Origin: Thermoplasmata archaeon | Lineage (GTDB): Archaea > Thermoplasmatota > Thermoplasmata > Sysuiplasmatales > Sysuiplasmataceae | Direction of reading: 5' to 3' | NCBI GenBank assembly: GCA_021806165.1 | Contig: JAJZXY010000008.1 | Coordinates: forward strand, 11,334 to 75,333 | DNA: 64,000 nt | Part shown: piece after piece, positions 9,695-18,600 of the stretch | Layout of the letters: every line of letters starts with the position of its first letter | Position numbering within the stretch: the first letter of the stretch is position 1 | The notes under the pieces: generated by a model | What the model was told of the DNA's origin: nothing | The model's input: only the letters and a program-made list of their open reading frames with translations | Databases searched by the model: none | Program-made: the position numbers and the translations under genes

Positions 9695-10987
9695 ATGCCT
9701 CCCTCGTTCATGCAGTCCGCCAGTCAGGGCAAGAATTTGCTTCCATCGATCACAGCCAAGCTTGTACTCGGAACATCTCTCCAGTGGTTCAATTTCTTCA
9801 TTGCCGCCGTCGCTGCCGCTCTTGTATGGCCGACTGTTTTTTTCAAGGGCACCGCCGAAGGCGTACCCCTGTCGATTGTCGCATTTGCCTCGGCTTTCGT
9901 GACCAGGCCAATAGGGGCCCTCCTCTTTGGCTACGTCGGTGACAACTTCGGAAGGAAGACTTCGCTGGTCTTGGCTCTCTTCCTCATGTCCGCAGGGACG
10001 CTGGCAATCGGTCTTACCCCGTCCTATGCGTCCATCGGCGTCGCCGCTTCGGTCATGCTGATAATGTTCAGGGCGGTGCAGGGGTTCGGGATAGGCGGGC
10101 ACTGGGGTGGTGTCGCCTCCTACATTTCAGAGCTGGCCTCAAACTCAAAATGGAAAACATTCTGGACGAGCTGGATACAGGCATCACTCAGCTTTGGCAT
10201 GTCACTTGCCACGTTCTCCCTCGCCATCGCGGATTTCATCCTTCCCCACAAGATGTTCCTGGATACAGGATGGAGGGTGGTCTTCATTCTCGGCGCGGTC
10301 GCAGTGATGGCCGGCGGCTTGATTTCCTACAGGCTGGAGGAGAGCCGCGATTTTGTTGAGCTTAAGAAGGACAGGTCACAGAATACGCCGCTTCTGGAGC
10401 TGCTCAGGAACGAAGGCAGGAAGATATTCTCACTCTCCCTCCTGGAAGTCTACGAGGTGGGGACAAGCAGCATAGTGATACTCCCTCTTTCCATTATCTA
10501 CCTGGAGTCCCTGAAGCTTCCAACATATGTGGCAACCACGACAGTGACACTTGCCTCATTCACCACAGGCATACTGGTGGTCACCGTTGGCGCGCTGCTG
10601 AGCGTTGTCGGAAAGAAGAAGTACGCACTGCTCGTTTCGACCGCAGTTGCCGCAGTCGTTTCAGTCTATCCATACCTCGCTCTCCTCCGGACGGGTGAAG
10701 CACTCTATGCCTACCTGGGCCAGATCCTGCTTCTTGCATCTATCGAAACGGGCTATGCTGTGATGGCTGCTGTTTCCGCAGAAAGGTTCACAACGAAGAA
10801 CAGGTCATCTGCAATTGGCGTCTCCTACCAGCTCTCGGCGGCAATTGCGGGCGTGATAAACATCACCCTCGTATCGTGGATGATCACTTTCTTCAACGGA
10901 CCTGTCAGCGCCATGGGCCGCATAGTGTTCGTCTCCACAGCTCTCTGCTCGCTATCGTTTGTTGTGGGACTCCTGACGCTCAGGTAG
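9695..10987 (+). CDS. MFS transporter, paralog of 7289-8644
   Basis: 430 aa; same architecture and shared motifs with the upstream MFS (GHWGGVASYISELA vs GEWGGAATWVIEFA). Confidence 0.75.
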   Translation: MPPSFMQSASQGKNLLPSITAKLVLGTSLQWFNFFIAAVAAALVWPTVFFKGTAEGVPLSIVAFASAFVTRPIGALLFGYVGDNFGRKTSLVLALFLMSAGTLAIGLTPSYASIGVAASVMLIMFRAVQGFGIGGHWGGVASYISELASNSKWKTFWTSWIQASLSFGMSLATFSLAIADFILPHKMFLDTGWRVVFILGAVAVMAGGLISYRLEESRDFVELKKDRSQNTPLLELLRNEGRKIFSLSLLEVYEVGTSSIVILPLSIIYLESLKLPTYVATTTVTLASFTTGILVVTVGALLSVVGKKKYALLVSTAVAAVVSVYPYLALLRTGEALYAYLGQILLLASIETGYAVMAAVSAERFTTKNRSSAIGVSYQLSAAIAGVINITLVSWMITFFNGPVSAMGRIVFVSTALCSLSFVVGLLTLR

Positions 10988-11001
10988 CCCCTTCCCTGAA
11001 A

Positions 11002-11742
11002 TCAGCGGGTTGCCATCCAGTCGACCAGTCTCAGGAGGCCGTAACCCATCGCATCTTCTGTCGAGAGGTGCCTGGACTCATGCATGTACTGCTTGCTTAT
11101 CTTCAGGGCTACGCTGCTCTTTGACATCAGAAGCTTCTGCCATCTTGCAACCGCGGTCTCAAGCTGGTCGTCAGGAACAACCTCGTTGACCATGCCTAGA
11201 GACAGCGCCTCCGGCGCATGCACCTCCCTGCCTGTTATTATGAGTTCGAATGCCTTCTTCCTTGGCATCCAGTCGCCCACGTATGAGAGTACTATGGCAG
11301 GCGCGAGACCGCCGTTTATCTCGGGGAAGCTGAAGACCGAACTGTCGGATGAAATTGTGACGTCGGTCTGAAGGGCAAGCCCGCAGCCGAATCCCTCCGC
11401 CTTTCCCCTGACCTCGGACATTGTTACGCAGGGAAGGGACCAGAGAAGTTTGTTTATTTCAGATATGTCTGTAAGCGCCTTCTTGAAGTCTGCCGGGGAG
11501 GGCTTCTCTTTGGGAGGCTCCCTTCCCGCACAGAAATTACCGCCGTTGCCCCTGAAGAGTGCTATGCGCACTTCCTCCCTGTCCTTGAGTTTCTCAAGTA
11601 TCTCCCTCAATTCTCCCAGCATCTCACCGTCCACGGCGTTCTCCGCCTCCGGCCTGTTGAGGGTTACAACAGCGACCAGGCCATCAGTCCCTTCAACCTG
11701 CTTCTCTTCGTAGATTATCCTGTCAGACATTCTTCCCACCAA
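11002..11742 (-). CDS. Enoyl-CoA hydratase/isomerase (crotonase) family protein
   Basis: 246 aa; crotonase-fold pattern (ALFRGNGGNFCAG...; FSFPEINGGLAP). Overlaps the upstream CoxL-like gene by about 8-20 nt. Confidence 0.7.
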   Translation of the reverse strand: MVGRMSDRIIYEEKQVEGTDGLVAVVTLNRPEAENAVDGEMLGELREILEKLKDREEVRIALFRGNGGNFCAGREPPKEKPSPADFKKALTDISEINKLLWSLPCVTMSEVRGKAEGFGCGLALQTDVTISSDSSVFSFPEINGGLAPAIVLSYVGDWMPRKKAFELIITGREVHAPEALSLGMVNEVVPDDQLETAVARWQKLLMSKSSVALKISKQYMHESRHLSTEDAMGYGLLRLVDWMATR

Positions 11743-14164
11743 GTTTTTCCATGATAAGTGATTTGATGTAAACAGGACTCAGAGGCGTCTTCCTTAACTT
11801 GATACCCAGCGGTTTCAGAGCATCCTCGACCGAATTTGAAATAGCCGGCGGAGGCCCAATCGTTCCTGTTTCGCCCGCACCCTTGTAACCCCCCGGTGTG
11901 AAGGGGTTGGGCGTTATGAGGTGGGAGAGCACAAATTCAGGGACTTCCATCGATGTGGGCAGAAGATAATCCTTGAACGTTGTGTTCAGCGGCTGGCCGT
12001 TGGCATCGTATGCCAGCTCCTCGTAGAGAGCCCCTCCAATGCCATGTGCAAGTGCTCCTGTGTGCTGGCCTTCAACAATCATCGGGTTCAGCATGTTGCC
12101 GCAGTCGTGGACGGAGACGAATTTCACAATCTTGACAAATCCGGTGTTGATGTCCACTTCGGTGATGGCTATCTCGGCATCGTAGGGGAAGCTGCTGAAC
12201 ATGGCGACCCTGCCCCTCTCATCGCTCTGGAACTGGATATTGGGATCGCGGTAGTGGTAGAGCATTTCAAGACCGGGCTCCATACCCTCGGGAAGCCTGA
12301 AGACTTCGTAGTATGCAGCCTGCGCTATCTGCTGCATCGTTAGTGAATCGTCCGGCCGGGCCTTCCTGAAAACCTTTCCAGAGGCCAGATCAAGCTCCTC
12401 GACGCTGCATTTCATCAATGCGGCTGCTATTGCCAGTATCTTGTCACGGAGAATCCCTGCGGCCCCAAATACCCCGGAAGTCCCAACGACTGAAAAGCGG
12501 CTTGAGTATGAACCTGAACCAACCGGGCATGCTAGCGTGTCGCCTTCCACAACGTGTATATCATCAAAGGGCACCTGCAGTATCTCTCCTGCAATCTGAG
12601 ACGATGTGGTGATGTGTCCCTGGCCCTCTTCGCCTCCGCTCAGGAATATAAAGACCCTGGCGTCAGGGTCCATCCTTATCCGCACACTGTAATATCCAGC
12701 ATTGTAGGAACCCATCCTTGTTGAACTCGAGGGCTCGACCACGAGCGCCATGCCAATGCCCACATACCTCCCCTGTTCCCTGAGCTCCTTCTGCTTCTGC
12801 CTGAAGCCCCAGTAGTCTGCCAGGGACATTGCCTGCCTCAGAGCCTCCGGGTAGTTGCCGCTGTCATACCTTGGACCTGTTGCCGAAACGTAGGGAAATT
12901 CCGATGGAGGGATAAAATTCCTGAAACGGATCTCGCTCGGATCCATCGACAGCCTGTCTGCGATTATATCGACGAGCCTCTCGATGACATAGGCAGGTTC
13001 CGCCTTCCCGAATCCCCTGTGCGCACCGTATGGCGTCTTGTTTGTTGCAGCAGCGGTTATGTCTGCCTCGTAGTCCTGAATCTTGTATGCCCCGGGAACG
13101 AAGAACGCGCTTGTGACAATGGATGCCAGTCCGCCGACAGGGTATGCAGCACCCGCATTGGCTACTATGTGATCCCTGATCCCCACTATCCTGCCGTCCT
13201 TCATGACGCCGGCCTCGACCTCGTGCACCTGCTCCCTTGCGTGTGCGGTGCCTACCATGTGCTCGCTCCTGGTCTCAACCCACTTTACAGGCCTGCGGGA
13301 AACGATCGAGAGCAGTGGAACTATGATCTCCTCCGGATAGAAGCCCCACTTCTGGCCGAAGCCTCCTCCCACCCTTGACTGGAAGACCCTCGCCTTCATC
13401 CCTGGCAGGTCGATGGTCTGCTGTATGAGCCTGGCGATGTTGTGCGGGATCTGCGTCGAGTCCCACACGCTCAGAAGATTTGACGGGGCATCATAGTCGG
13501 CCACCACGGAGCGCGGCTCGATAGGCGTTCCCGTGAACCTTCCGCTGTATATCTTTTCCTTGACAATTATGTCCGCCTTCTTCATGGCGGCGTCCACATC
13601 CCCACCTGAAACGTGGAAGTAGAGTGCCCTGTTGTCACCCCAGTCGTTGTAGAGCAGTGGAGAATCCTTCTTCAGTGCCTCCTCCGAGTCCAGCACCGGT
13701 TCGAGCGGCTCGAATTCAGCTTCTATCGCCTCCAGTGCATCCTCGACAAGATACCTGTCAGTCCCGGCTATGGCGGCCACGGGCTCACCGACATACCTCA
13801 CCTTGTCAGTTGCAAGGCAGTAATGATCAAAGAACTTGATCCTCGGGTTGCCCCTCCTGAACGGATCCCTGCTCTGGAACGGGAACGGGGACAGGGGCTT
13901 GAGATAGCCGAGAGCCGTCATGTCGCTGCCCTTCAGTCCTGCTATTATGCCGTCCATCTTCAGCGCCTTTGACAGATCCACCTTCCTTATGATGGCATGA
14001 GCATAAGGGCTGCGGTAGATTCCGGCGTATAGCATGTTCTTGAATTTGACGTCGGCCCCGAACACCGCCTTTCCAACAAGCTTTTCATTGTCCTCTTTCC
14101 TCTTTACAGACCTGCCAATCAGGGTTTCCTTTTCAGTCAGCTGAACAAACTGGGAAGACGTCAT
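11723..14164 (-). CDS. Second Mo-hydroxylase large subunit (CoxL/XdhA family), without adjacent S/M subunit genes
   Basis: 813 aa; N-terminus RKEDxxLVxG; GGGFGQK motif; aldehyde-oxidase/xanthine-DH C-terminal domain pattern. Confidence 0.8.
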   Translation of the reverse strand: MTSSQFVQLTEKETLIGRSVKRKEDNEKLVGKAVFGADVKFKNMLYAGIYRSPYAHAIIRKVDLSKALKMDGIIAGLKGSDMTALGYLKPLSPFPFQSRDPFRRGNPRIKFFDHYCLATDKVRYVGEPVAAIAGTDRYLVEDALEAIEAEFEPLEPVLDSEEALKKDSPLLYNDWGDNRALYFHVSGGDVDAAMKKADIIVKEKIYSGRFTGTPIEPRSVVADYDAPSNLLSVWDSTQIPHNIARLIQQTIDLPGMKARVFQSRVGGGFGQKWGFYPEEIIVPLLSIVSRRPVKWVETRSEHMVGTAHAREQVHEVEAGVMKDGRIVGIRDHIVANAGAAYPVGGLASIVTSAFFVPGAYKIQDYEADITAAATNKTPYGAHRGFGKAEPAYVIERLVDIIADRLSMDPSEIRFRNFIPPSEFPYVSATGPRYDSGNYPEALRQAMSLADYWGFRQKQKELREQGRYVGIGMALVVEPSSSTRMGSYNAGYYSVRIRMDPDARVFIFLSGGEEGQGHITTSSQIAGEILQVPFDDIHVVEGDTLACPVGSGSYSSRFSVVGTSGVFGAAGILRDKILAIAAALMKCSVEELDLASGKVFRKARPDDSLTMQQIAQAAYYEVFRLPEGMEPGLEMLYHYRDPNIQFQSDERGRVAMFSSFPYDAEIAITEVDINTGFVKIVKFVSVHDCGNMLNPMIVEGQHTGALAHGIGGALYEELAYDANGQPLNTTFKDYLLPTSMEVPEFVLSHLITPNPFTPGGYKGAGETGTIGPPPAISNSVEDALKPLGIKLRKTPLSPVYIKSLIMEKLGGKNV

Positions 14165-14335
14165 GAAATCGGTTGCTGAAATAGTTAAATGTAAGTGATT
14201 AACTTTTCTATGAATTTTCGGGATGGTTGAGCCTATTTGCCGTATATCCCGGCCTTCGGAGAAAAATATGCCGGGGCCAGGGAGCCGCCCCGGGCCGCAG
14301 TGTAACGGGAAGGGTGAGGCACCCCTTCCGGGGAC

Positions 14336-14761
14336 TCACTTGTTCTTCCCGTTGAAATAGTCGATGGCAGCCTTCGCAACCGTTTCATCCTCTGCTGCTG
14401 TCCCACCGCTGACTCCAACGCTGCCAACTATTGCGCTCCCGTCGAACACAGGGATGCCCCCGCCAATGATCGTGAAGCGTGACTGGTTGGTTGTGTGAAT
14501 GCCAAAGGTTGGCTTTCCAGGAACAGCTATTTCGTTGTAGTCCTTCGTAGCCCTCTTTGCGGCTGCAGCTGTGAATGCCTTGTTGATTGCTATGTCGACG
14601 CTTGTGATCTTTGCATCATCCATCCTCGTAAATGCAATCATGTTGCCTGTCTCGTCAGCAATTGCTGTGCACATGGGGACTTTCATCTCCGCTGCTTTGA
14701 GCTCCGCTCCTTCAAGCAGTATCTTTGCTTCCTTCAGCGACAATCTCTTGATTTCAAGCAT
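14336..14761 (-). CDS. GlcG/HbpS-like (DUF336) protein
   Basis: 141 aa; IIGGGIPVFDGSAIVGSVGVSGGTAAEDE matches the GlcG family glycine-rich core. Confidence 0.6.
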   Translation of the reverse strand: MLEIKRLSLKEAKILLEGAELKAAEMKVPMCTAIADETGNMIAFTRMDDAKITSVDIAINKAFTAAAAKRATKDYNEIAVPGKPTFGIHTTNQSRFTIIGGGIPVFDGSAIVGSVGVSGGTAAEDETVAKAAIDYFNGKNK

Positions 14762-14845
14762 GGTTCCAGCGTTAGGAAAATTCAGTACATTAACCTATCT
14801 GGAATGCTCCTGGCGGGAGAGGTCCTGCAGGATTCTGTCCAAATC

Positions 14846-15541
14846 CTACTTTGTGTCTTCGCCTCTGATATGACTGACAATTTCAGAGGTGTCAAGAACA
14901 TCAGCATATTTCATATCCATGTCAAACAGGCTGGTATAGTGTGAACTCCTGAACCTGTCTGCGCAAGCATCCGCCGCGACTATGTTCCTGTAACTCAGGG
15001 AGTGCCCGTCAACAACAGTTCCCCTGACGCAGCCTGATGTCACAAAGCCACATACAATCAGTGTATCCACTCCCTCCCTGACAAGAAAACTCTGTGCAGG
15101 CGTCCCGTTGAACATTGATGCAAAACGCTTCTTAATTACCACCTCACCCCTCCTGGGGCGAAGTTCATACATTATGTCAGCTGGAGCCGGCAGACCCATC
15201 CTTTCGGGCTCATTCCCGGTGAGCTTCTGTTTCGCTGCAAATGAATCGAACCTCCTCTCCTCTGGCGGATTCCACTGCTGGCTGAAATAGACTGGCAAAT
15301 CAGCTTTCCTAGCCGCCGACAGCAGAGCCTTAATCTTCACGGCAGCGCCCCATGCGTCCGCTCCCACGCTTCTGGGGTAAATCTTAATCGAATCCTCTAT
15401 TGGTCCGTCGACGCCGGCGAAATCATATTGCGCATCTATGACAAGCAGGGCAGGCCTGGTTCCCCAGCCCATCCTCTTCCCCTGCCCGCTCAGCTTCGCA
15501 ACCTTCAGATCCCTCTCATCGATAATACCCTTCCAGTTCAT
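14846..15541 (-). CDS. Isochorismatase-family cysteine hydrolase (amidase-type)
   Basis: 231 aa; LLVIDAQYDF (catalytic Asp region), K, and VCGFVTSGCVR (catalytic Cys) motifs. Confidence 0.7.
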   Translation of the reverse strand: MNWKGIIDERDLKVAKLSGQGKRMGWGTRPALLVIDAQYDFAGVDGPIEDSIKIYPRSVGADAWGAAVKIKALLSAARKADLPVYFSQQWNPPEERRFDSFAAKQKLTGNEPERMGLPAPADIMYELRPRRGEVVIKKRFASMFNGTPAQSFLVREGVDTLIVCGFVTSGCVRGTVVDGHSLSYRNIVAADACADRFRSSHYTSLFDMDMKYADVLDTSEIVSHIRGEDTK

Positions 15542-15768
15542 CCAGTTTCACGACCCGTCCGCTGGGGATAGGCAACAGACCGATAATAAAAGTCGTCAGC
15601 TTGCATCCTCACACGACGCAATAGGCTGACAGCTGCAGTGTGTGCAACATCAATTGAATGAGCATTGCTATAATTGTCAGTCATTTGACTGTTATATGCA
15701 ATAATTTTGTAAAACAACTTTGATTTTACCGGCGTTTGGATCAATTACTGCATCTCTGATTTCACCGC

Positions 15769-16164
15769 ATGCACTCATTTCAGGAACTCACAGTCCGCCG
15801 GGGAGGGATGGAGGATCTTGAAGACGTGCTTGACATCTGCAACCACTATGTTCTTTCAAGCGTGGCCACATTCGATACAGTCCCCTTCCGCCCGGAGGAT
15901 CGACGGACCTGGATGCAGGAACACCTTGGAGATGGAACAGGAAGGAGGCTATACAATGAACTGCTTGCCTCGCTCCTCCCCTATGACCTGGAGATGGCAT
16001 TTGCAGGCGTGACTCTTCCCAATACCCAGTCCGTGAAGCTTCACCAGTCACTGGGATTCGGGCACGTTGGGACATTCGGGAGGGTTGGCAGGAAATTCGG
16101 GAAGTACTGGGATGTGGTCTGGTTCGAGCGTCCTTTCAGGCCCTCATTTTCTGAATGGGCATGA
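15769..16164 (+). CDS. GNAT acetyltransferase remnant (phosphinothricin-acetyltransferase-like) with internal deletion
   Basis: 131 aa. PAT-like N-terminus (ICNHYVLSSVATFDTVPFRPEDRRTWM) and C-terminus (KLHQSLGFGHVGTFGRVGRKFGKYWDVVWFER). The central beta-strands and acetyl-CoA-binding core appear to be missing. Confidence 0.4.
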   Translation: MHSFQELTVRRGGMEDLEDVLDICNHYVLSSVATFDTVPFRPEDRRTWMQEHLGDGTGRRLYNELLASLLPYDLEMAFAGVTLPNTQSVKLHQSLGFGHVGTFGRVGRKFGKYWDVVWFERPFRPSFSEWA

Positions 16165-16193
16165 TTCCCAGCCGAGTCAATCGCCCTCCGGTC

Positions 16194-18362
16194 TCACCTG
16201 AATGTAACGTATATCGGGCTGCTCCAGGCTGCCGCGCCGTCGGTCTGCAATACCTTCACGTGGTATGCAGCGGTAGTGCCAGGTTCACCCTTCACATCGG
16301 TGAATGCGCCTGAGAATGTCTCGCCAAGGGGACCGGGCAGCCTTTCCACTGTCACATGCAGGTCAAGCCCCCCGCACTCAAAGGTGCGCGGGCCGGCAAT
16401 TTCGGAAGTCCTGATGCTGAAGCTGTATATGCCCGTGCTGAACTCGAGCACCGTACCCTCGCTCTCATCCGCCTGCATGACAAACCCCTCCTCGTTGCCA
16501 GACGTGCTCGAGTGCCAGGCTACTGCCGATTCACCCCCCACCTCCAGAGTCTCCGCAGGGGACTGGAAGGCGTATGGAACAGCGCTCCTTATCCTTCCGT
16601 TGACAAGCCGTGCGCTGCCGTCCCAGACGGCAGTCCTTCCCCTGCCCCTGTTCCTTGCCCCTCCCCATTTGATCCTTATCGGCGATCCGCTCCCACCGGA
16701 AGGACCGCACCATTCATGGACCTTTTCCCATCCCCTCCTTATCTCCACCCTCTCAATCGGGGCGGTGCCTGCTGCTTTCACTCTTATTTCTGGGGCGTCT
16801 GCTGTTTCATAGGCTTCACCAATCATTCTGCCGTCAGAGCGCACATCCAGAAGTATGCGCTGCCCTGTAGTGGCGTAGCATCTTCTGGAGAAAAGCGCGT
16901 CCCAGATGGATTTCCTGGTAAGCTCCGTCGCCAGTATGCACGTCAGCCCGCCGCGCACGGCGAACTCCCTCCCGGGGTAGCTGGCTCCCGGTCTGCCAGT
17001 GTGGTCGTCGCTTCCGCCAACGAAGCCGATCCTGTATCCCCTCTCAAGCGCCTCCCTTGCAAACCATTCGAAATACCCCCAGGCCGAGCAGATCTCAACG
17101 CACGGTTCCACCGAGGCATCGTGGAAGGCAAGGTTCGCATACCTTCCGCCCACGTGGGCTACGGCCATTCCGCCCTCCCTGCGAAGGGCGTTGAAGAGCA
17201 GTTCGGCGCTGATGTAATCCTCCTCTCCCTCCTTTTCATCGATGAGCGTATGGCTCGAGTGAAGGACTTCACCCTCATCTCCAGGATAATAGATGTTCCT
17301 GTCCCCGCCGGTGCCTGTGTTTCCCGACCATTCGAAGCCCAGAAGCGCCACCATCCTGCTAGGCTCGTCTGTCTCGGCAACGACCTTCCTGATTTTTTCC
17401 CAGACCTCGGGCGACATCTCGAAGTCATTTCCCTGGTGGCCCACGAAATCAATTCCGCTTGCCTCTTTCGCATACCACATGTACTCCTCAATGGGGTTGA
17501 TGCCGACCGTCTCCTCACTCTGGCCGTGCAGATCCCCCCAGAACCGCCTCAGCTTATCGCTGTGCGGGGTGCAGTCGATATGGTTGCACTCGACTGCAAG
17601 GCTGCCGGAGGAGGCACTGATCTTATGCACACCCTCCTTCACTGCCCTTACGCCCGTGATCCTTGCCGCGCCTTTCCCCGTCACATGCAGCATGCCAGGC
17701 AACCCCTCCAGGTGGCTGTTGCCCGCGAAGTCGACTGTGAGATCGCATCCCTTTGCAAGATTCCCCCACCTGTCCTCAACCCTGACGGTAACAGCAAATT
17801 CCTCCCCTGGCTCAACGGCCGTGGGGGCAACAACCGCAACCTTCGCAGGCTTCCCTGCAACTATCCTTACCGGGTGCCCCTCCAGCTCCCTGTAAATCCC
17901 GGTTCCGAAATTGTCCACGAGCAGCTTGAACTCGAATGTCTCCTCGCAGTATGTCTGTACCTGATAGCCGGGCGAGCCGCCGTCCCCGCTGCCGATCTTC
18001 AGAATCACAGTGTCTCCAGGAGAAAGATTGCCGTCGTAAACCTCTATCATGAACGCCCTCTTCCAGGGCCGCACATAGCCTCTAGGGTAGCGGCTGCCGC
18101 GCAGGCTGGCATTGCCGGTTGTGCTGATATGGACATAATTGCTTCCAGCCGGATCACTGCTCTGTATAAGGCCGCCGTCGCTCACATCCCTGGTGCAGAC
18201 GATAATCGAGCCCCCGTCGTCAATGCCGAAGGCGCCTACGCGGATGGTGATGTCGAATGTCGCGATATCGCCGGCAACCACCTCTGCCGGGAAGATTTCA
18301 TAGCTTCCGTACCTCTCCTGGAGCTGGCTCTCGGAACCGGTTTTGAAAGGCTGGGAATTCAT
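16194..18362 (-). CDS. DUF3604-like large protein (possible PHP-type metal-dependent hydrolase)
   Basis: 722 aa. Central FWGDLHGQSEET segment and His/Asp-rich region recall DUF3604; the assignment is tentative and from memory. The long plus-strand ORF 16356-18533 opposite it is a GC-driven shadow. Confidence 0.4.
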   Translation of the reverse strand: MNSQPFKTGSESQLQERYGSYEIFPAEVVAGDIATFDITIRVGAFGIDDGGSIIVCTRDVSDGGLIQSSDPAGSNYVHISTTGNASLRGSRYPRGYVRPWKRAFMIEVYDGNLSPGDTVILKIGSGDGGSPGYQVQTYCEETFEFKLLVDNFGTGIYRELEGHPVRIVAGKPAKVAVVAPTAVEPGEEFAVTVRVEDRWGNLAKGCDLTVDFAGNSHLEGLPGMLHVTGKGAARITGVRAVKEGVHKISASSGSLAVECNHIDCTPHSDKLRRFWGDLHGQSEETVGINPIEEYMWYAKEASGIDFVGHQGNDFEMSPEVWEKIRKVVAETDEPSRMVALLGFEWSGNTGTGGDRNIYYPGDEGEVLHSSHTLIDEKEGEEDYISAELLFNALRREGGMAVAHVGGRYANLAFHDASVEPCVEICSAWGYFEWFAREALERGYRIGFVGGSDDHTGRPGASYPGREFAVRGGLTCILATELTRKSIWDALFSRRCYATTGQRILLDVRSDGRMIGEAYETADAPEIRVKAAGTAPIERVEIRRGWEKVHEWCGPSGGSGSPIRIKWGGARNRGRGRTAVWDGSARLVNGRIRSAVPYAFQSPAETLEVGGESAVAWHSSTSGNEEGFVMQADESEGTVLEFSTGIYSFSIRTSEIAGPRTFECGGLDLHVTVERLPGPLGETFSGAFTDVKGEPGTTAAYHVKVLQTDGAAAWSSPIYVTFR

Positions 18363-18600
18363 ACGCGCGCGATTACACTTGTTGATTATATTGTTTCCCC
18401 ACGACCACCTTTTCCACGACCGTCAGGACTCATGCGGCATGCCGCGGATCTCGAAAATGAGCCATCTCCTTTAGAAACAGGTGTTTTTCGGCTTTCCCCC
18501 CTTTCCCGTTTTGTAAGAAATATATTCTTGTAATTGTCCGTTTTTGTGCAATGACGGTGCATCTGAATCTTTAAATAAGAAAAGTTCTTGGACCCTGACA

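Noticed and set aside
16356-18533. 725-aa plus-strand ORF
   Set aside because: Lies antisense to the DUF3604-like gene. Low-complexity Pro/Arg/Ala-rich translation typical of GC-rich shadow frames; no motifs.
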